Shown here piece after piece: positions 27,160 through 32,000 of a stretch of DNA of 32,000 bases. The first letter of the stretch is position 1. Every line of letters starts with the position of its first letter. Where the stretch lies: assembly GCF_000195955.2 (NCBI RefSeq), contig NC_000962.3, positions 2,160,001 through 2,192,000 on the forward strand, in the 5' to 3' direction. The DNA comes from Mycobacterium tuberculosis H37Rv. GTDB lineage: Bacteria; Actinomycetota; Actinomycetes; Mycobacteriales; Mycobacteriaceae. Under the pieces are notes generated by a model. It searched no databases. It worked only from the letters and a program-made list of their open reading frames with translations, and was not told where the DNA came from. Made by a program: the position numbers and the translations under genes.

Positions 27160-27383
27160 GTCCGCTCCTTACTGGACGTGAACGGCTGACCTGTGCGAGG
27201 TTACCCGTCCCTTAGCCAACATGTCCATAGCCAATACGCACATGAGAGTGATCGATATAGACAAATTCCCATGCAAAGAAGCACTTGTGTACAACGAAGT
27301 ATCTTGGTAGTACTGTGATATACGCAAAGGGCGCCACCGCAGCGCGCCGGGCATCCGACCGGTACAACCAGGAAGGGTTGACG
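27160..27383. promoter_or_regulatory. Divergent promoter region between the echA13-fadE17-fadE18 operon (-) and the Rv1936-Rv1937-ephB operon (+)
   Basis: 224-bp intergenic gap between divergent genes, locally AT-rich (27220-27330), with dyad-like TTGTgtACAA (in cacttgtgtacaacgaagt) and AGTACT. From memory, the TetR-type repressor Mce3R controls these two divergent units. Confidence 0.6.
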
Positions 27384-28493
27384 ATGGAGATCGGAATATT
27401 CCTCATGCCGGCCCATCCACCGGAGCGCACCCTCTACGACGCCACCCGGTGGGATCTGGACGTCATCGAGCTGGCCGATCAACTCGGCTACGTGGAGGCC
27501 TGGGTCGGCGAACACTTCACCGTGCCGTGGGAGCCGATCTGCGCCCCCGATCTGCTGTTGGCGCAGGCGCTGCTGCGCACCCAACAGATCAAGCTCGCCC
27601 CGGGTGCGCACTTGTTGCCCTACCATCATCCGGTCGAGTTGGCCCACCGGGTGGCCTATTTCGACCACCTCGCCCAGGGTCGGTTCATGCTCGGCGTGGG
27701 CGCCAGCGGCATCCCGGGTGACTGGGCGCTGTATGACGTGGACGGCAAGAACGGCGAGCATCGCGAAATGACCCGGGAAGCGCTGGAGATCATGCTGCGC
27801 ATCTGGACCGAGGACGAGCCCTGGGAGCATCGCGGAAAGTACTGGAACGCCAACGGAATCGCGCCGATGTTCGAGGGTCTGATGAGGCGCCACATCAAGC
27901 CGTACCAGAAGCCCCACCCGCCCATCGGCGTCACCGGGTTCAGCGCCGGCTCGGAGACCCTCAAGCTCGCCGGCGAACGGGGTTACATCCCCATGAGTCT
28001 GGACCTCAACACCGAATACGTCGCCACCCACTGGGACGCGGTGGAGGAAGGCGCGCTGCGCAGCGGGCGAACCCCGGATCGCCGCGATTGGCGGCTGGTG
28101 CGGGAGGTGCTGGTGGCCGAGACCGATGAGCAGGCGTTCCGGTATGCCGTGGACGGCACGATGGGACGCGCCATGCGTGAGTATGTGCTGCCGACGTTTC
28201 GGATGTTCGGCATGACCAAGTTCTACAAACACAATCCGTCGGTGCCCGACGACGAGGTGACACCGGAGTATCTCGCCGAGAACACCTTCGTGGTCGGCTC
28301 GGTGCAGACCGTGGTCGACAAGCTCGAGGCCACCTACGACCAGGTCGGCGGGTTCGGCCACCTGCTGATCCTCGGGTTCGACTACAGCGATAACCCGGGC
28401 CCGTGGAAGGAGTCGTTGCGGCTGCTGGCCCACGAGGTCATGCCCAGACTCAACGCCCGCCTCGCCACCAAGCCCGCCACCGCGGTGGTGTAG
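27384..28493 (+). CDS. Luciferase-like (LLM) flavin-dependent monooxygenase, 369 aa (Rv1936-like)
   Basis: MEIGIFLMPAHPPERTLYDATRWDLDVIELADQLGYVEAWVGEHFTVPWEPICAPDLLLAQALLRTQQIKLAPGAHLLPYHHPVELAHRVAYFDHL. Start preceded by an aggaaggg RBS-like sequence. Confidence 0.93.
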   Translation: MEIGIFLMPAHPPERTLYDATRWDLDVIELADQLGYVEAWVGEHFTVPWEPICAPDLLLAQALLRTQQIKLAPGAHLLPYHHPVELAHRVAYFDHLAQGRFMLGVGASGIPGDWALYDVDGKNGEHREMTREALEIMLRIWTEDEPWEHRGKYWNANGIAPMFEGLMRRHIKPYQKPHPPIGVTGFSAGSETLKLAGERGYIPMSLDLNTEYVATHWDAVEEGALRSGRTPDRRDWRLVREVLVAETDEQAFRYAVDGTMGRAMREYVLPTFRMFGMTKFYKHNPSVPDDEVTPEYLAENTFVVGSVQTVVDKLEATYDQVGGFGHLLILGFDYSDNPGPWKESLRLLAHEVMPRLNARLATKPATAVV

Positions 28494-28495
28494 CC

Positions 28496-31015
28496 ATGGC
28501 GGTTCGTCAGGTCACCGTCGGCTATTCGGACGGCACGCACAAGACGATGCCGGTGCGGTGCGACCAGACGGTCCTGGATGCCGCCGAGGAACACGGCGTG
28601 GCCATCGTCAACGAATGCCAAAGCGGGATATGTGGCACCTGCGTGGCCACCTGCACCGCCGGCCGCTACCAGATGGGACGCACCGAGGGACTGTCCGATG
28701 TCGAGCGGGCGGCGCGAAAGATCCTCACCTGCCAGACGTTTGTTACCTCCGATTGCCGGATCGAGCTGCAGTATCCGGTCGACGACAACGCCGCCCTGCT
28801 GGTCACCGGTGACGGTGTGGTGACCGCGGTCGAGTTGGTGTCGCCCAGCACCGCCATCCTGCGGGTGGACACCTCTGGCATGGCCGGCGCGCTGAGATAC
28901 CGGGCCGGCCAGTTCGCCCAATTGCAGGTTCCCGGTACCAACGTATGGCGCAACTACTCCTACGCCCATCCGGCCGACGGCCGCGGTGAGTGCGAGTTCA
29001 TCATCAGGTTGCTGCCGGACGGCGTGATGTCGAATTATCTTCGCGACCGCGCCCAGCCCGGTGACCATATCGCGCTGCGCTGCAGCAAGGGCAGCTTTTA
29101 TCTGCGCCCGATCGTGCGACCGGTGATCCTGGTCGCCGGAGGAACCGGCCTGTCAGCGATCCTGGCGATGGCCCAGAGCCTGGATGCCGATGTCGCTCAC
29201 CCGGTCTACCTGCTCTACGGGGTCGAGCGCACCGAAGACCTGTGCAAGCTCGACGAACTCACCGAGCTGCGCCGCCGCGTTGGCCGCCTGGAGGTGCACG
29301 TCGTCGTCGCTCGCCCGGACCCCGACTGGGATGGGCGCACCGGGCTGGTCACCGACCTGCTCGACGAGCGGATGCTGGCGAGCGGTGACGCCGACGTGTA
29401 TCTGTGCGGTCCGGTCGCCATGGTCGACGCAGCCCGAACCTGGCTGGACCACAATGGCTTTCACCGTGTCGGGTTGTACTACGAGAAGTTCGTGGCCAGC
29501 GGGGCGGCGCGCCGCCGCACCCCGGCTCGGCTGGATTACGCGGGCGTGGACATTGCCGAGGTGTGCCGCCGCGGCCGCGGCACCGCGGTGGTCATCGGCG
29601 GCAGCATCGCGGGCATCGCGGCGGCGAAAATGCTCAGCGAGACCTTCGATCGCGTCATCGTGCTGGAGAAGGACGGCCCGCACCGTCGCCGCGAGGGCAG
29701 GCCGGGCGCGGCACAGGGTTGGCACCTGCACCACCTGCTGACCGCCGGGCAGATCGAGCTGGAGCGCATCTTCCCTGGCATCGTCGACGACATGGTGCGC
29801 GAGGGAGCGTTCAAGGTCGACATGGCCGCGCAGTACCGTATCCGGCTGGGCGGCACCTGGAAGAAGCCCGGCACTAGTGACATCGAGATCGTCTGCGCGG
29901 GAAGGCCGCTGCTCGAATGGTGTGTGCGCCGCCGGCTCGACGACGAACCGCGCATCGACTTCCGCTACGAATCGGAGGTGGCCGATCTCGCCTTCGACCG
30001 CGCCAACAATGCCATCGTCGGCGTCGCCGTGGACAATGGCGACGCCGACGGAGGCGACGGTTTGCAGGTGGTGCCCGCCGAGTTCGTCGTGGACGCGTCG
30101 GGCAAGAACACCCGCGTGCCGGAGTTCTTGGAGCGTCTCGGTGTTGGCGCTCCCGAGGCCGAGCAGGACATCATCAACTGCTTCTACTCCACGATGCAGC
30201 ACCGGGTTCCGCCGGAGCGGCGGTGGCAGGACAAGGTGATGGTGATCTGCTATGCGTACCGCCCTTTCGAGGATACCTACGCCGCGCAGTACTACACCGA
30301 CAGCTCCCGCACCATCCTGTCCACCTCACTGGTGGCCTACAACTGCTATTCGCCGCCGCGTACCGCCCGAGAATTCCGCGCGTTCGCCGACCTGATGCCG
30401 TCCCCGGTCATCGGGGAGAACATCGACGGGCTGGAGCCGGCATCGCCCATCTACAATTTCCGCTATCCCAACATGCTGCGGCTGCGCTACGAGAAGAAGC
30501 GCAACCTGCCGCGGGCTTTGCTGGCGGTGGGCGATGCCTACACCAGCGCCGACCCGGTGTCGGGTCTGGGTATGAGCCTGGCGCTCAAGGAAGTTCGGGA
30601 GATGCAGGCGCTGCTGGCTAAATACGGCGCCGGTCACCGGGATCTGCCGCGCCGGTACTACCGGGCGATCGCCAAGATGGCCGACACGGCCTGGTTCGTG
30701 ATCCGCGAGCAGAACCTGCGCTTCGACTGGATGAAGGACGTCGACAAGAAGCGCCCGTTCTATTTCGGTGTGCTGACCTGGTACATGGACCGCGTGCTGG
30801 AGCTGGTGCATGACGATCTCGACGCGTACCGGGAATTCTTGGCCGTCGTCCATCTGGTCAAGCCGCCGTCGGCGCTGATGCGACCCAGGATCGCCAGCCG
30901 CGTCCTCGGCAAATGGGCACGAACCCGATTGTCGGGCCAGAAGACGTTGATTGCCCGCAACTACGAAAATCATCCGATACCAGCCGAACCCGCGGACCAA
31001 CTTGTAAACGCTTAG
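28496..31015 (+). CDS. Fusion oxygenase/reductase: 2Fe-2S ferredoxin + FAD/NAD(P) reductase + FAD-dependent monooxygenase-like domain, 839 aa (Rv1937-like)
   Basis: NECQSGICGTCVATCTAG...LTCQTFV (plant-type 2Fe-2S); LRYRAGQFAQLQVPG, LVAGGTGLSAILAMAQ, VYLCGPVAMVDAARTWL (FNR-like); VVIGGSIAGIAAAKMLSETFDRVIVLEKD (Rossmann FAD) with PVSGLGMSLALKEVREMQALL. Confidence 0.93.
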   Translation: MAVRQVTVGYSDGTHKTMPVRCDQTVLDAAEEHGVAIVNECQSGICGTCVATCTAGRYQMGRTEGLSDVERAARKILTCQTFVTSDCRIELQYPVDDNAALLVTGDGVVTAVELVSPSTAILRVDTSGMAGALRYRAGQFAQLQVPGTNVWRNYSYAHPADGRGECEFIIRLLPDGVMSNYLRDRAQPGDHIALRCSKGSFYLRPIVRPVILVAGGTGLSAILAMAQSLDADVAHPVYLLYGVERTEDLCKLDELTELRRRVGRLEVHVVVARPDPDWDGRTGLVTDLLDERMLASGDADVYLCGPVAMVDAARTWLDHNGFHRVGLYYEKFVASGAARRRTPARLDYAGVDIAEVCRRGRGTAVVIGGSIAGIAAAKMLSETFDRVIVLEKDGPHRRREGRPGAAQGWHLHHLLTAGQIELERIFPGIVDDMVREGAFKVDMAAQYRIRLGGTWKKPGTSDIEIVCAGRPLLEWCVRRRLDDEPRIDFRYESEVADLAFDRANNAIVGVAVDNGDADGGDGLQVVPAEFVVDASGKNTRVPEFLERLGVGAPEAEQDIINCFYSTMQHRVPPERRWQDKVMVICYAYRPFEDTYAAQYYTDSSRTILSTSLVAYNCYSPPRTAREFRAFADLMPSPVIGENIDGLEPASPIYNFRYPNMLRLRYEKKRNLPRALLAVGDAYTSADPVSGLGMSLALKEVREMQALLAKYGAGHRDLPRRYYRAIAKMADTAWFVIREQNLRFDWMKDVDKKRPFYFGVLTWYMDRVLELVHDDLDAYREFLAVVHLVKPPSALMRPRIASRVLGKWARTRLSGQKTLIARNYENHPIPAEPADQLVNA

Positions 31016-31026
31016 GAGAGCCCAAC

Positions 31027-32000
31027 GTGTCGCAGGTCCATCGAATCCTGAACTGCCGGGGCACCCGCATCCATGCCGTGGCGGACAGCCCACCCGACCA
31101 ACAGGGACCGTTGGTGGTGTTGCTGCACGGGTTTCCGGAGTCCTGGTACTCGTGGCGGCATCAGATTCCCGCGCTTGCCGGCGCGGGCTACCGCGTGGTG
31201 GCCATCGACCAGCGCGGGTATGGCCGCTCGTCGAAATACCGGGTGCAAAAGGCCTACCGCATCAAGGAATTGGTTGGCGACGTCGTGGGCGTCCTCGACT
31301 CCTATGGTGCGGAGCAGGCTTTCGTGGTGGGCCACGACTGGGGTGCGCCGGTCGCCTGGACCTTCGCCTGGCTGCACCCCGACCGATGCGCCGGCGTGGT
31401 GGGAATCAGCGTTCCGTTTGCCGGTCGCGGCGTGATCGGCCTGCCGGGCAGCCCGTTCGGCGAGCGCCGTCCCAGCGACTACCACCTGGAGCTGGCCGGG
31501 CCCGGAAGGGTCTGGTATCAGGACTATTTCGCCGTGCAGGACGGCATCATCACCGAGATCGAGGAAGACTTGCGGGGCTGGCTGCTCGGGTTGACCTACA
31601 CCGTTTCCGGTGAGGGGATGATGGCGGCGACCAAGGCGGCCGTCGACGCGGGCGTCGACCTGGAGTCCATGGACCCGATCGACGTGATCCGTGCCGGACC
31701 GCTGTGTATGGCCGAAGGCGCGCGGCTCAAGGACGCGTTCGTCTACCCGGAGACCATGCCGGCCTGGTTCACCGAGGCCGATCTCGATTTCTACACTGGC
31801 GAATTCGAACGTTCCGGGTTCGGCGGGCCGCTGAGCTTCTACCACAACATCGACAACGACTGGCACGACCTGGCCGACCAGCAAGGCAAGCCGCTCACCC
31901 CGCCGGCTCTGTTCATCGGCGGCCAGTATGACGTCGGCACCATCTGGGGCGCGCAGGCCATCGAGCGTGCGCACGAAGTCATGCCGAACTACCGCGGCAC
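31027..32000 (+). CDS. ephB: Epoxide hydrolase (alpha/beta hydrolase), 5' part, truncated by the window end
   Basis: GTG start: MSQVHRILNCRGTRIHAVADSPPDQQGPLVVLLHGFPESWYSWRHQIPALAGAGYRVVAIDQRGYGRSSKYRVQKAYRIKELVGDVVGVLDSYGAEQAFVVGHDWGAPVAW. HGFPES and GHDWGAPVAW are epoxide-hydrolase signatures; frame is open at 32000. Confidence 0.93.
   Translation, partial: MSQVHRILNCRGTRIHAVADSPPDQQGPLVVLLHGFPESWYSWRHQIPALAGAGYRVVAIDQRGYGRSSKYRVQKAYRIKELVGDVVGVLDSYGAEQAFVVGHDWGAPVAWTFAWLHPDRCAGVVGISVPFAGRGVIGLPGSPFGERRPSDYHLELAGPGRVWYQDYFAVQDGIITEIEEDLRGWLLGLTYTVSGEGMMAATKAAVDAGVDLESMDPIDVIRAGPLCMAEGARLKDAFVYPETMPAWFTEADLDFYTGEFERSGFGGPLSFYHNIDNDWHDLADQQGKPLTPPALFIGGQYDVGTIWGAQAIERAHEVMPNYRG

Noticed and set aside
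27201-28433. 410-aa minus-strand ORF opposite the Rv1936-like gene and the divergent promoter
   Set aside because: It looks like a shadow ORF of the luciferase-like monooxygenase, with no supporting motifs.
29153-30202. 349-aa minus-strand ORF opposite the Rv1937-like gene
   Set aside because: Composition and position indicate a shadow ORF; the plus strand carries clear FAD and Fe-S domains.

Overview
This is a high-GC mycobacterial chromosomal window. Gene order, protein lengths and tandem-repeat structure match the Mycobacterium tuberculosis complex segment Rv1914c (partial) to Rv1938/ephB (partial), most like H37Rv; I recognised this from memory and ran no search. Order: Rv1914c(partial)-aceAa/aceAb-PPE34-PPE35-Rv1919c-Rv1920-lppF-Rv1922-lipD-Rv1924c-fadD31-mpt63-Rv1927-Rv1928c-Rv1929c-Rv1930c-Rv1931c-tpx-fadE18-fadE17-echA13-[divergent promoter region]-Rv1936-Rv1937-ephB(partial). 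I found no CRISPR array, IS element, prophage, tRNA or rRNA, and nothing that clearly forms a new defence or mobile system. The observations most worth following up are: (1) an AraC/GlxA-like gene (Rv1931c) whose annotated ORF switches out of the conserved frame and back again, and which also seems to lack part of its N-terminal domain; (2) the split isocitrate lyase 2 gene, broken by one missing T at a site where a -1 slip would restore the exact protein; (3) a three-module fusion oxygenase/reductase (Rv1937) in a divergent lipid or xenobiotic catabolic cluster; (4) three separate in-frame VNTR blocks in PPE34 and further 78-bp repeats in PPE35; (5) an AT-rich island with a perfect 11-bp inverted repeat upstream of PPE35.
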